A stretch of 63,020 nt of DNA, counting the filler. It is 5 parts of 5 records of this genome, joined end to end, with 100 filler letters (N's around TTAATTAATTAA, not from the genome) between each part and the next. Parts side by side here need not be neighbours in the genome. Positions count along the whole stretch, not along the records: positions 34,564 to 47,196 come from SRR20825019_2351; positions 47,297 to 52,807 come from SRR20825019_2364; 3 more parts are not named here. One strand, 5' to 3'. Within the stretch, counting starts at the first letter, position 1. Every line of letters begins with the position of its first letter. This document shows, one piece after another, positions 41,601-51,901 of the stretch. Both the position numbers and the translations under genes were made by a program. Under the pieces are notes generated by a model, which did no database searches, was not told where the DNA came from, and was given only the letters and a program-made list of their open reading frames with translations.

Positions 41601-43632
41601 TACGAGGGAAGATCGTCCTTGAAGTGCGCAGAGTGCCGTTTCTTCCTTCGCTGCAGCCCTTCGACCTTCATGCACGCCTGTCTCTTTCGAATGAAGCACT
41701 GAATCATGATGGCTGCTGATTCTGGGACTACGGCCTTCAAAAACTATCAGATACTAAGACAAGGTACTCTGGGAAGCATTCCATTACCAATGTGTTATCG
41801 AAAAAGTACGACCCCGGATTGGTGATCAAGTCGTTCTCCTCCTGAGGCAAATTTTCTCTTGTAACTGCGTTGACATAGGTGTAGGCCTCAACCTCCTCCA
41901 TCCTGACAGGTTTCCACAGGTGGTTGAAATTGACATACTGGATCTGAGACGAAATTCTACAACAAAATCAGGTGCTCAAACGATCTGTGCGAGAGTGTGA
42001 CTCACGTGCGTGTATACTGCGAATCATAGGTGATATTCAGCCCAGAGTAGGGCATCTGCATTGGGTGCTGGCGGTCCAACAGGGGCTCACGTCCCGCCAG
42101 GTTAATAATCTGTCGGAAGACCTGAACAAGCTGCGAAAACCTCCGGGGATTGCGGGTGTCAACCCGAACAGACTCCCACAGACGCCATACGCGGTGGAGG
42201 CGCTTTTGGCACTGTTCCATGGTCCAGAAGGATGACATGACGGTGTAGCCCCTCCATCTGGCCTGAATGCACTTCGCCGCGAGATACCTGTCTTATCGTC
42301 AGGTACCCAACACAACCTCCGGCGCAGTTGCCCACCTCTTTTTCCCCTTCTCCACCAGCTGATCCCAGGTAATATCAGGATTCCACATGGACTGATCTGT
42401 GCAGCGTAGGTACATGTATTTCCGCCGGATGAGGAAACCGCGCATCTGCTTCTGCAGTCGCTGAGTAGCCCACAACTGGGCGCGCCGTTTGCACAGGCGC
42501 ACCAGGAAGCGGTAGTTGTCCTCGTTCGGGTTGGTCCGCTCAATCTCCTTCGTTTTCCTGTATCAACTGTCAGCCGGGCCGAAACACACGATGGTGTGAC
42601 ATACAGGTTTAGAAAACCGGTTGGATCATTCTTCACGCGCTTGTAGCCAGGAGGCATGGGGCAGTTGAGATAGTCATGCAAGATCCACAGCGCCTCCTTC
42701 TCTGGAATGAAGCGCTCCTCCATGTCAAGATACTGACAATATGCTAAAGGGAAGGTAAGGCCGGGCAGCCGTAAGTCATGAACACGGAACCAGTTACGCC
42801 GCACCTAGAATATCCTTTTCCACCATATGGCTCTTCAGCCACTGAACGCGGAACAAGAAATCCTTTTCGGTCTCTTGCTCTCGAATCCGCAGTCTTTCAA
42901 TCGTGTACTTGTACATATGGTCAAGCGGCCCGATCCATGTAGTCTCGTTTGTCTCTGCGTTGTAGTAATACGGCGACCCCTTGGAGCTGAAGTGCCGCGC
43001 CCAGTCATCGTACTGGTCAGCCTCCTTCATGTGGAGGTCAGCACTGCAACCTCAGCACATCCCACAACCAATCCTACCTCTAAATAGACCTGGCCCAGCC
43101 ACAGGAGGTTGACATCGGCAATAATATCCAACTTGAACCGACGCCACGCCATCTTCAGCCGTTTTCTCTGCACATTCCACTCGGACGTGTATAGCTGGTT
43201 GAGGAGCCGCTTCTTCTGTGGTGATGAGATCTGGTCGAGGGGGTGGGCCCCAATGTTCAGGTCCTTCTTCAGTTGGGTATTCAGCTGGTCCATCGCTGTC
43301 TCGTGGCTTTCCTGTGGGTCAAAGAGATCCTGGTTGGGAATATCCACCTCGGCTGGCCGCGACTTGGATCGACTCTTGGTAGGGCCCTCAGGTACATGCC
43401 TGCGAAGTGAGGCCCGGAGCTCTTTGCTTTCAACAAGAGAGTTGCCCTCATTCGCAGCACTCTTCCCAATCAATCCAACGCTCGTGTCAGTCTCAGACAA
43501 CTGGGACCCTTGGTTCTCAATCTGGCGGGGTGACCGGCCTCCCCGAGACACCGGACGACTGACTCCCTGGGACGCCGACCCGCTGATGGCGCCGTTACCG
43601 GCTGGCGGCGAAGCACTGCCCGCCTCGTCCAT
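38692..43632 (-). CDS. Large eukaryotic WW-domain + IQ-motif protein (CEP164-like WW modules), multi-exon
   Basis: WW: W.RHFS.KG.PYYYNAETNETTW..P; IQ motifs LQKQMRGFLIRR, IQCFIRK, LQCFVR, IQAVFRG.RVRR; GT-AG introns with CTRAC branch sites; gene ends approximate. Confidence 0.7.
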
Positions 43633-44839
43633 GGTGACTACCACCACTGGTACTTCCGCCACTCGGCCGTGTGTGTCTCCTGGACAAGGAGGGGGTTTAT
43701 GCTTATAGTTGTGTACGAGACCGGTAGCTAAGTCAATACCTCTTGACGTCTTGGTAACGGGAACTAGGAGCCGCCTTCGCCGCGGCTATGGCTCCGCCTG
43801 GCGCACCATCGACTGTGTGTGGCGGCGCCGGCAGGTTCCGTCCGGTCTGGGAGCTGGCCGCTCTGTCTAGTAGTCGTCACAGCTCCCAGTCAATCAGCTG
43901 GCACCGAGTAAGGGGTGGCACCGGATCCGGGGGGACTAGGAGGGCCGGCCCGGCGGGGCCCACTGTGGCCACCTCGGGCCTCGCTAGCCGGTCTGGCCAG
44001 TGGCGACCTGCCCGGAACGGCCCATAGTGATAGTCTGCTCACCTCCCATCCTCCGGCCACCTCAGTTCCGGCCGCGGTCGTTGTCCGGTCGGGTGCCGTG
44101 ACCCACCACCCGACCCAGCTGTCGCTTGGGCCGGGGAGGCCCGGCAGCCGCTGCCGGGCGTCGCCACTCACGCCAAGCCGAGTGGCCGGACCGAGGGCGG
44201 CACGGGGCCGCCCCGGCGGGCCGGCCGACAGCGCCCGCGGGGGCGGCGGTCCCAGCCGCGACCAAGTTGCGACAGCCGCTTGCCGTGGTAACCCTCAGTA
44301 GGCATGACGGGGACCGCGGCTTGGCGGCCAGGCCGCCACCACAGGCGAGAACCGTAACAGCTATCCCAGAACAACCGTAATGTCTACTTCAAATTCTCAA
44401 GGGTCGCGTTTTCCACTAAATTATTTCCCATTTGGGATGGTGGAAATCATTCTGTATGGGTTCACCAAGGCCGTCGTTTCAATGACACTAACCACGGCCA
44501 AATCACCCGGGGCCACTTGAGTGCCTGAGCGGCGGGCGTACCGCGTGGCTCATCAGTGAGTGAACCCGGAACCGGCTAGCCAACGAACCGGCGACGGCTT
44601 GGTACGGCCGTTGGCATCCTCGGAGCCGGCTGGCAGTCAGCCTCAGCGGCCGTCCCTCCGTGGGTCCGCTGCGCGGCCGGTGGCGCCAACCAAGGGGCGG
44701 GGCGCTTGAATCGGCGTCCTCGGTGATGGACAAAGAAAGTTCCGCCTGGGGCATGCCGGGGACCCGTTGGCACCAGTGAGGCCCAATGTCCTGCAACCCT
44801 CATCTTCACGGCCCCGCTTAGTGATGGAACCGCTGTGGA

Positions 44840-44854
44840 CCCCCCCCCCCCCCC
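44840..44854 (+). repeat. Poly-C tract (15 nt) upstream of the 44918 gene
   Basis: Seen directly; TATAA at 44876-44880. Confidence 0.9.
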
Positions 44855-44917
44855 TCGGTCTCCCTCCAATACTAATATAATTATCCCTCTGCCTGAGTGG
44901 TACTCTCATAACGAGAC

Positions 44918-45721
44918 ATGAAGTCTATTCTTGCTCTTGCTTTGGTATTGTGTGTGGCAGGATCAGTCCAAGCCAACGTGTTTAGCGACGTTTTTGATGG
45001 TTGCGACATTGTTACGCACGTTGACTTCTTTGGGCTTAAGTACTCCTACTATCATGTGTGTGACCTCAAGGGTATGAGGTACTCGTCGGAGAAGTATGGT
45101 GGAACAATGGACGTTACCCCCTTCGCCGGAATTGACCAAACCGCCTATCAAGCATACTTTACCAACGAGGGTAATGAGAAGACCTTCTTTGCTCCTATGC
45201 ACAGTGCCCAGAATCTCACAGTCTACGGTGACTTCGATAACACTAAGTCGCTTTCTGTTGTAATGTTCCAGGCGAGGACATCTAACTCTACCTTCACTTT
45301 CGAGTGCAACCCGGAGGGCAGCGGCGTTGACGATGGACTGAAGTCATTCGAAGTGGTGAAGGGGCACTCGGACGATGTTGATACCCTGAACGTGGTCTTC
45401 TTGAGCGCTGGTGCATGCGGGACCACCACGAAGAAGATTCCTGTGGACAAGTTCTTCCAGTACATTTGGAAGGCTGGGTGGAAGTACGTGTTGGCTGCCT
45501 TTTTCATTCTGTGTTGTATGCCCTGCACAGTGTTGTGCGCCGCGTGCGCTCTGTGCTGCTGCTGTGTTAAGGTGTGCTGCTGCTCCTCCAGCCCCAAGCC
45601 CAACAAGACCCTCTACCAGCCCTTGGCCCAGAATGAGGCTTTTGCCCCCGCTACTGCATACCCCGTCCCCGCTGGTCGTGCCCCTGTTCGCGCCATGAAC
45701 AGGCCTGCCCAGATGGTCTAG
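44918..45721 (+). CDS. Intronless type I membrane protein: signal peptide, luminal domain, TM with Cys-rich tail
   Basis: MKSILALALVLCVAGSVQA signal; LCCMPC..LCAACALCCCCVKVCCC; Pro/Tyr-rich cytoplasmic tail; coding-like codon bias. Confidence 0.85.
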   Translation: MKSILALALVLCVAGSVQANVFSDVFDGCDIVTHVDFFGLKYSYYHVCDLKGMRYSSEKYGGTMDVTPFAGIDQTAYQAYFTNEGNEKTFFAPMHSAQNLTVYGDFDNTKSLSVVMFQARTSNSTFTFECNPEGSGVDDGLKSFEVVKGHSDDVDTLNVVFLSAGACGTTTKKIPVDKFFQYIWKAGWKYVLAAFFILCCMPCTVLCAACALCCCCVKVCCCSSSPKPNKTLYQPLAQNEAFAPATAYPVPAGRAPVRAMNRPAQMV

Positions 45722-45910
45722 ATCCTCTGATGTCTATAATTTATGTAAATTTATTTATTGTGATCCCCAACAAACGATTACTGAACTATCCGAATAGTCT
45801 GGCTACACGCCAAGAGAATAGGCATGTTCAGGGATGGGCCGCCCACCGTCGCCTCACACATTTGTCACACCTGAACACCTGCGGTTGAGACGGTCACTGG
45901 GCAGTGTTCT

Positions 45911-46954
45911 CTACTGGACCCTGGCCGCGTCTGCCGTAACGCAAATGGCATGAACAGTCTCAGGGATGTGCATGGATGTGTCATCCGCGCTCGGCTGGGC
46001 ATGCTCTTTGAATTTGGACAGCACCGCGGCAATGGTAGACTCCGAAAGGCCTTCCAGTTCGCACTCCATGCAGAACGACGCCAGCATCATCCCCTCCTTG
46101 GTACGCGACAAGGTCTCTGTCACGTCCACCCGACATCGTAGTTCGTTTGCTTCATACACCAACCCCGCAGCACTCAGTTCACCCATCAGCGTCTCGGATG
46201 TGTAATGCTCCAGGGTGTCTGCGCCTCTGAGCAACGTGCTGACCTGAGAGGCTCCCTGCATCAGTGACCCGCCATACCGTCCAAAATCGACATCTCACCT
46301 CACGTTGGATCTGTGCAATGCCCGAGTTGCCGTGGAGGATCGCACATACCGAGCCTGTGGGCTTGAGGAGCCGTGCTGTGTCCCGCACCGTCGGGACGCG
46401 GTCCTCAAAGTAGTACATCACCTGCACCATCACCGCGATGTCAAAGGCCGCTGACGGCACTACCCCGTCCTTCCCGCCGAACGTGCCCTCATGAACGGTG
46501 CACTCAAAGCGCTTGTCATCGATGCCGCCCAGGCGTGCCCGGCACTGCTCTACATGCGAGTGTAGGGGTTCGATGACCATGTACTGGAGGCTCCAGTCTG
46601 CAGGGGCCACCTTTAGCATGGTCGTGATCAGCTGCAGGCACGTTAGTTCTGAGCGCCCCCACGACAACGGTCCTGGCGAGCCTCTGGGATGGAGTTCGAC
46701 CTACACCGGGCGAATGGAATGGAGTTTACCTCAAAGTCGACATCGCCGTCTCCAGCACCGATGGACAGCACGGAAAACACTTTGGGGGTGCCGTCCTGCC
46801 CGATAGCGGCCTGGAGGCGCTGTGAGCACCACTGGCGCAACCACTCGCGGGTGGCCACGTGGTATGTAGATACCTTCCTTCTGATATCATGCGCAAGGTG
46901 GTAGTACTCAGGGCCCATGGGAGGGGCCGAGGGAGTGCCCGACTCAGAAGCCAT
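45911..46954 (-). CDS. Class I SAM-dependent methyltransferase (histamine N-methyltransferase-like), 3 exons
   Basis: Motif I VLSIGAGDGDVD, VIEP, FDIAVMVQVMYY, LLKPTG; introns 46632-46729 and 46256-46298 (GT-AG on minus strand). Confidence 0.85.
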
Positions 46955-47196
46955 CCCGAGAGTCCTGTGTTGGACGGTGTGCTCTGAACATATGGCTACA
47001 AATATACCCCGGGGCGGGCGCCTGGCGGGCGGGCGCCGCCCCGGCTCCGGCTCGGCTCGGCCCGGCCGCTCGACCGCCGGCCCGGAAGGCACCCTGCCCG
47101 GCGGGCCGGGGTGCACGGCACGGTCGGCCGTGCCTGCCGGGCTCGCGACTGCGGGCCCGGCGGAACGCGAAATGAAATGAATGAATTTATTGGTTT

Positions 47197-47296
47197 NNNN
47201 NNNNNNNNNNNNNNNNNNNNNNNNNNNNNNNNNNNNNNNNTTAATTAATTAANNNNNNNNNNNNNNNNNNNNNNNNNNNNNNNNNNNNNNNNNNNN
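47197..47296. other. Artificial contig spacer
   Basis: 44 N + TTAATTAATTAA + 44 N. Confidence 0.99.
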
Positions 47297-47573
47297 TTTT
47301 ATAGTGATTATAAACAGCAACAGACATCACTTTTTTAGTAGCATCTTGACCAATGATAAATTGATCTAGATATTCCTTAATCTCAGCTGGTTTTTTTAAA
47401 ATCAGCTCTGAGGATAATTCACTATTCTTAGATTGTTGCGATTCTTCTAATACAATTCCATGTGCTTGTTCAATACAGCGGTCGCAAATATGTGCATCCA
47501 GACCCGCTATAAGCAAGCTAGTTTCTGGCTTTTTTCGACCACAAAATGAACACTCTAATTCTTCTTTCGCCAT
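47297..47573 (-). CDS. clpX: ClpX ATPase, N-terminal part (truncated)
   Basis: C4 zinc finger CSFC..ICDRC, IGQD.TKKV.SVAVYNHYK; follows clpP. Confidence 0.96.
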
Positions 47574-47616
47574 TTTTTTACATTTGTGAAAACGTAATAC
47601 TACGTTTTCTATTTAA

Positions 47617-48294
47617 TTAGACGGTTCTTTTTAAAACTTCGTCTATCATTCCGTATGCTTGTGCTTCTTCAGCTTTCATCCAGTAGTCTCGATCGCTATC
47701 TTCGGTTACTTTTTCCATAGATTGCCCTGAATGATTAGCTATGATTTCGTATAATTCTTCTTTTAATTTAAGAATTTCACGTGCTGTTATTTCTATATCA
47801 CTTGCTTGCCCTTGAGCGCCGCCTAGTGGTTGGTGTATCATAACACGACTGTGTGGCAAAGCAGAACGTTTTCCTTTTTCTCCAGCACATAATAAAACAG
47901 CTCCCATAGATGCCGCCATTCCTGTACAGATAGTAGCTACGTCTGGTTTAATGTATTGCATAGTGTCATAAATTCCTAAACCAGCATATACACTTCCTCC
48001 AGGGGAGTTAATATATATTTGGATGTCTTTAGAAGCGTCTGCACTTTCTAAAAACAATAATTGTGCTTGAATAATATTAGCAACTTGATCGTTGATTCCG
48101 GTTCCCATAAAAATGATTCTGTCCATCATCAATCTAGAAAATACATCCATAGCAACAGCATTTAACTGACGCTCTTCGATAATGTTTGGGGTAAGTCCCA
48201 CGGGAGTCATAGCGCTTACAATTTTGTCGTAATACATGCTATTAATTCCTCTATCTTTTGTGGCAAAAGCCTTAAATTCTTTTTCGAAATTCAT
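47617..48294 (-). CDS. clpP: ATP-dependent Clp protease proteolytic subunit
   Basis: YINSPGG, AASMGA, MIHQP, DRD. Confidence 0.98.
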   Translation of the reverse strand: MNFEKEFKAFATKDRGINSMYYDKIVSAMTPVGLTPNIIEERQLNAVAMDVFSRLMMDRIIFMGTGINDQVANIIQAQLLFLESADASKDIQIYINSPGGSVYAGLGIYDTMQYIKPDVATICTGMAASMGAVLLCAGEKGKRSALPHSRVMIHQPLGGAQGQASDIEITAREILKLKEELYEIIANHSGQSMEKVTEDSDRDYWMKAEEAQAYGMIDEVLKRTV

Positions 48295-48323
48295 AAATTA
48301 TATTTACTGTTTTTTTAGTACGT

Positions 48324-48356
48324 AAAAAGGCGTTAAAACTTACAGTTTAACGCCTT
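48324..48356 (-). terminator. Terminator hairpin after tig
   Basis: AAGGCGTTAAA...TTTAACGCCTT inverted repeat with T tract on the minus strand. Confidence 0.75.
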
Positions 48357-48384
48357 AAAGATACTTAATTTATTTTATAAGGAT

Positions 48385-49707
48385 TTACCCATAAACTTCT
48401 TTAACAAAGTTTTCGTAAGTAATCTCTTTTGTCTTTAAGTTTGCTTTTTCCTTGTATAAATTCACAAGTTTTTCGCTCATTATTTGTTCAGACAATCTTT
48501 TAGCTTCTTCTTGATTAGATAAAACACGTGAAGAAATGTTTTCTAGAACTTCTTCCTCTGGATCTGTTTGTCCAAATTGTGCCATTTGCATACGTACGTA
48601 TTTTTTAGCAAATTCTTTAAGCTCATCATAACTAACTTGAAGGTCATTGTTGTTAATAATTTTTCCTTCGATAAGTTGATATCTTAATCCTTTTTCAGAT
48701 TTAGCATATTCTTCGCTAGCTTCTTCTTCAGAAAGATTGTTCTCTCCAGTAGCTTGAATCCATTTGGTAAGGAATTCAGCAGGAAGGTCAAATTTAGTAT
48801 TTTCAACTAAATATTCAGTAATGTCATTTAAAAGTCTTTGGTCTGCTTGTTGAGCAAATTGCTTTTCAGCATCTTCTTTGATTTTAGCTCTCATTTCTTC
48901 TTCTGAAGTAACAACACCTTCACCAAAAAGCTTATCAAATAACTCTTGGTTTAATTCGGTAGCTTCTCTTTTGTTAGCTTCATCTATTGTAAATGTAACT
49001 TCAATATCTAAATCGTGAGCCTCATCATGTTCTACTTTTAAGAAGTTAATCAAATCATGATCGTCTTCAAAAAGTCCTTTAGTTTTAAGTTCTAAAGTAT
49101 CTCCTACTTTAGCACCAACAAATTTATTTAGGTTTCTTTTACCTTTAAGTTTGTCTAAAGTAAGTGTTGTTCTGTTCTCAAGTCCTTTTTCTTCATTTTT
49201 AAAAACTCCAGTAACTTCACTTTCTTCTGTAACTTCGTCTTGAGCGATTAATTTACCGTATTGTTTTGCAATTCTATCAACTTGCTCATCAATCATTTTA
49301 TCGTCTGCAATGATTTGGTATTGAGTAATTGCTTTTTTAGTTTTTAAATCAACATCAAAAGCAGGAGCAAGACCTAATTCAAATTCAAAAGAAAAATTTT
49401 CAGCATCCCAATCTAAATCATCTTGTGCTTTAGGAAGTGGATTTCCAAGTACGTCTAATTTTTCTTCAGTAAGATATTTGTTTAGTGAATCTTGTAAAAG
49501 CTTATTTACTTCATCAACTAAAACAGCTTTTCCATATTGCTTTTTAACCAATCCCATTGGAACATGTCCTTTTCTAAAACCTGGGATGTTTGCAGTTTTT
49601 CGGTAGTCGGTTAAAATACTATCTACTTTATCGCTGTAATCTTCTTTTGTAATAGCAACTTTTACTATTGCATTTAAATCGTCAATTTGCTCTTTCGTAA
49701 TGTTCAT
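48385..49707 (-). CDS. tig: Trigger factor
   Basis: IPGFRKGHVP ribosome-binding motif; true start MNITKE at 49707; tig-clpP-clpX synteny. Confidence 0.97.
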   Translation of the reverse strand: MNITKEQIDDLNAIVKVAITKEDYSDKVDSILTDYRKTANIPGFRKGHVPMGLVKKQYGKAVLVDEVNKLLQDSLNKYLTEEKLDVLGNPLPKAQDDLDWDAENFSFEFELGLAPAFDVDLKTKKAITQYQIIADDKMIDEQVDRIAKQYGKLIAQDEVTEESEVTGVFKNEEKGLENRTTLTLDKLKGKRNLNKFVGAKVGDTLELKTKGLFEDDHDLINFLKVEHDEAHDLDIEVTFTIDEANKREATELNQELFDKLFGEGVVTSEEEMRAKIKEDAEKQFAQQADQRLLNDITEYLVENTKFDLPAEFLTKWIQATGENNLSEEEASEEYAKSEKGLRYQLIEGKIINNNDLQVSYDELKEFAKKYVRMQMAQFGQTDPEEEVLENISSRVLSNQEEAKRLSEQIMSEKLVNLYKEKANLKTKEITYENFVKEVYG

Positions 49708-49967
49708 TCTCAAAAAATATTTAATAGCCCGTAAATGGGCATGCAAAAGTAAAACATTTTCAAAAGTTAACCAAGTTTTTAAAAGGCTGAAAAACAAATT
49801 CTTAATTTTTATTTTCCAGTTTTCATTTAGAAGTCCTAAATAAGGGCATTAAATGGTAATTGGTTAACTTTTATGATGTCTTATTTTATTAAAATTTTAA
49901 GATTTTTAAACTGAAATAAATGCTCTTTTTTAAGAAGATTTAATCACTTTTTGTTAATAATCGAGAT

Positions 49968-50309
49968 TTATTCTGCGCCTACTAAAGATTCAAAAATAGA
50001 CTGTAGAATAGATAGTAGTAAACTGAATAATAATGCCCACCATATGTTTACAACGGAAAATCCACCTACAAAATAATCTGCAAGTAAAATTATACAGGCA
50101 TTAATAATTAGTAAGAATAACCCTAATGTAATAATGGTAACTGGAAGGGTAAGGATTACTAAAATTGGTTTTACTATAAAATTTAATAGCGCCAAAACTA
50201 TGGCAACTATTATTGCAGTTCCGTAACTTTCTACGCCTACGCCAGGAAGTATTTTTGCTAAAATAACTACGGAGATAGCTGTTAAAAGTATTTTGATTAT
50301 AAATTTCAT
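49968..50309 (-). CDS. YvlD-like 4-TM membrane protein ('phage holin family 4')
   Basis: LLN..VKPIL.ILTLP.TIITLGLF..IINA. Confidence 0.88.
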   Translation of the reverse strand: MKFIIKILLTAISVVILAKILPGVGVESYGTAIIVAIVLALLNFIVKPILVILTLPVTIITLGLFLLIINACIILLADYFVGGFSVVNIWWALLFSLLLSILQSIFESLVGAE

Positions 50310-50344
50310 TATGATTGGTTTAAATTGTTATGTATTAAAGATAT

Positions 50345-50376
50345 AAAAAAAGCGCCTGTTTTACACAGGCGCTTTT
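50345..50376 (-). terminator. Rho-independent terminator
   Basis: AAAAGCGCCTGT...ACAGGCGCTTTT inverted repeat. Confidence 0.85.
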
Positions 50377-50398
50377 GAAAACTTAGTAAGATATAATG

Positions 50399-51880
50399 TT
50401 ATTTCACAAAAATAGTTGGATATGCTCCAGGGTTTAAAGCTGGAATAGTAGCATTGTATTTTTCGTTAATAGCATTTATAATTTGATTTGCAATTACTGC
50501 ATAACCTCTTTGTGTTGGGTGCACACCATCAAGAGAGAAAGCGCCACCAGTAGCAAAGGTGTTAGTAATGTTTCCACCATCAAATGAAATTCCACCATTT
50601 GCCAATTGATTCATCAATGCTTCTACATCTACAAAAGCTAAATCGTATTGAGTAGCTAGCGCTTCAATAGTTGTATTGTAGGCTGTTTGTGCATTTGTTA
50701 CCATTTCAATTTCTGTAGCAGTTAAAGCTTGACCGTCGGTTAGAGGGACAGCAACGCCAATAATTGATTGAGGATTATTTGGGTCTGCCAATGTGCCTAA
50801 AATAGAGGAGGTTGTTAGCGGAAGTAAATCTTCAGCCGTAGCTTGTCTCATATTTGTAAGTCCTGGGTTTATGCCTGTTAAATCTGTTAAATCTTCATCT
50901 AATATTACAACTGCATTTTGTCCAGCGCTAAACTGTATTGTACGTTGCGCTACTTCTTCGGCAGTTATTAAACCGAAAGATTGCGCTTGTAGTAATCCGC
51001 CATTATATTGCGCATATGCTTGGTTTACAACACCTGCAGTTTGTGCGTCTAATGGAATTGCATTGTAAGGTACCGTAGTAAAATATGGTATAGTTGTAAC
51101 ATTTGGAATGTTTGCTACCACCCCTTTAGCGCCTCCGTTTGTAAGGGCTGTAAGTAAATCGTTATATACTTTAGCAAATACATTTGGGTCTGTAATATCA
51201 TTCTCTCCATAGGTAGTAGGATCTAAATTTCCAGATTGGTCTACTCCAATTCCACCGCTTGTTGCATAACTTAATATGTCGTTATTTCCTATCCAAAGTG
51301 AAAAGAAAGTTGGATTTTGAGAAGCAGCATCTTCTATAATAGAAGCATCTGTAGTGCTTGCCATTCTTACAAAATATGGATTTGCTGCGCCTAGTTCAAG
51401 ATTAGCAATATTTCCGTAACCGTTGGCAACTAAATGAAAAATTTTAGAACCAGGAACTCCCATATTGTTAAAAGGACCTTCTAGTACATTTGAAATATCT
51501 GTAGTTGGGGTTCCGTCTAAGATTTCTGGTGTCTGACTTCCGTCTGTTCCAAGTACTATAACACGACGGTTATCCGTTATTTGATTTCCATTTGCTAATA
51601 ATCCTCCAAAGTTATCGTTTACTAATGGTTGTGTAAAATCTCCTCCACCAACATGCTTAAATTGTATAGCTAGCATGCTTGGAAAAGAGTTTTGTTGTCC
51701 GTTTAGATACAATGCACCATCTGCATACCCGGCAGTAAGAGAGTTTCCAACAGCAACAAAGTTTGAAAAGTCGGCATCACCGCTTGAGTAAAAACCTTGT
51801 TCGTCTACTGGATCGTTAAATTCAGGCTGACAAGAAGTCAATGCAATAGCTGCAATTGATATATATAGTAGTTTTTTCAT
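50399..51880 (-). CDS. SGNH/GDSL hydrolase-family lipoprotein
   Basis: LTSC lipobox, VAVGNSLTAG, WIGNND, DGVHP. Confidence 0.9.
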   Translation of the reverse strand: MKKLLYISIAAIALTSCQPEFNDPVDEQGFYSSGDADFSNFVAVGNSLTAGYADGALYLNGQQNSFPSMLAIQFKHVGGGDFTQPLVNDNFGGLLANGNQITDNRRVIVLGTDGSQTPEILDGTPTTDISNVLEGPFNNMGVPGSKIFHLVANGYGNIANLELGAANPYFVRMASTTDASIIEDAASQNPTFFSLWIGNNDILSYATSGGIGVDQSGNLDPTTYGENDITDPNVFAKVYNDLLTALTNGGAKGVVANIPNVTTIPYFTTVPYNAIPLDAQTAGVVNQAYAQYNGGLLQAQSFGLITAEEVAQRTIQFSAGQNAVVILDEDLTDLTGINPGLTNMRQATAEDLLPLTTSSILGTLADPNNPQSIIGVAVPLTDGQALTATEIEMVTNAQTAYNTTIEALATQYDLAFVDVEALMNQLANGGISFDGGNITNTFATGGAFSLDGVHPTQRGYAVIANQIINAINEKYNATIPALNPGAYPTIFVK

Positions 51881-51901
51881 TTTCTTAATAATTAGCATTT
51901 G

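Noticed and set aside
34623-47180. Dozens of overlapping 60-260 aa ORFs in the GC-rich contig
   Set aside because: Shadow or antisense frames of spliced genes and GC-rich islands; only five genes are supported
49968-50309. 'Phage holin' as evidence of a prophage
   Set aside because: YvlD-like housekeeping membrane protein upstream of tig; no phage genes nearby
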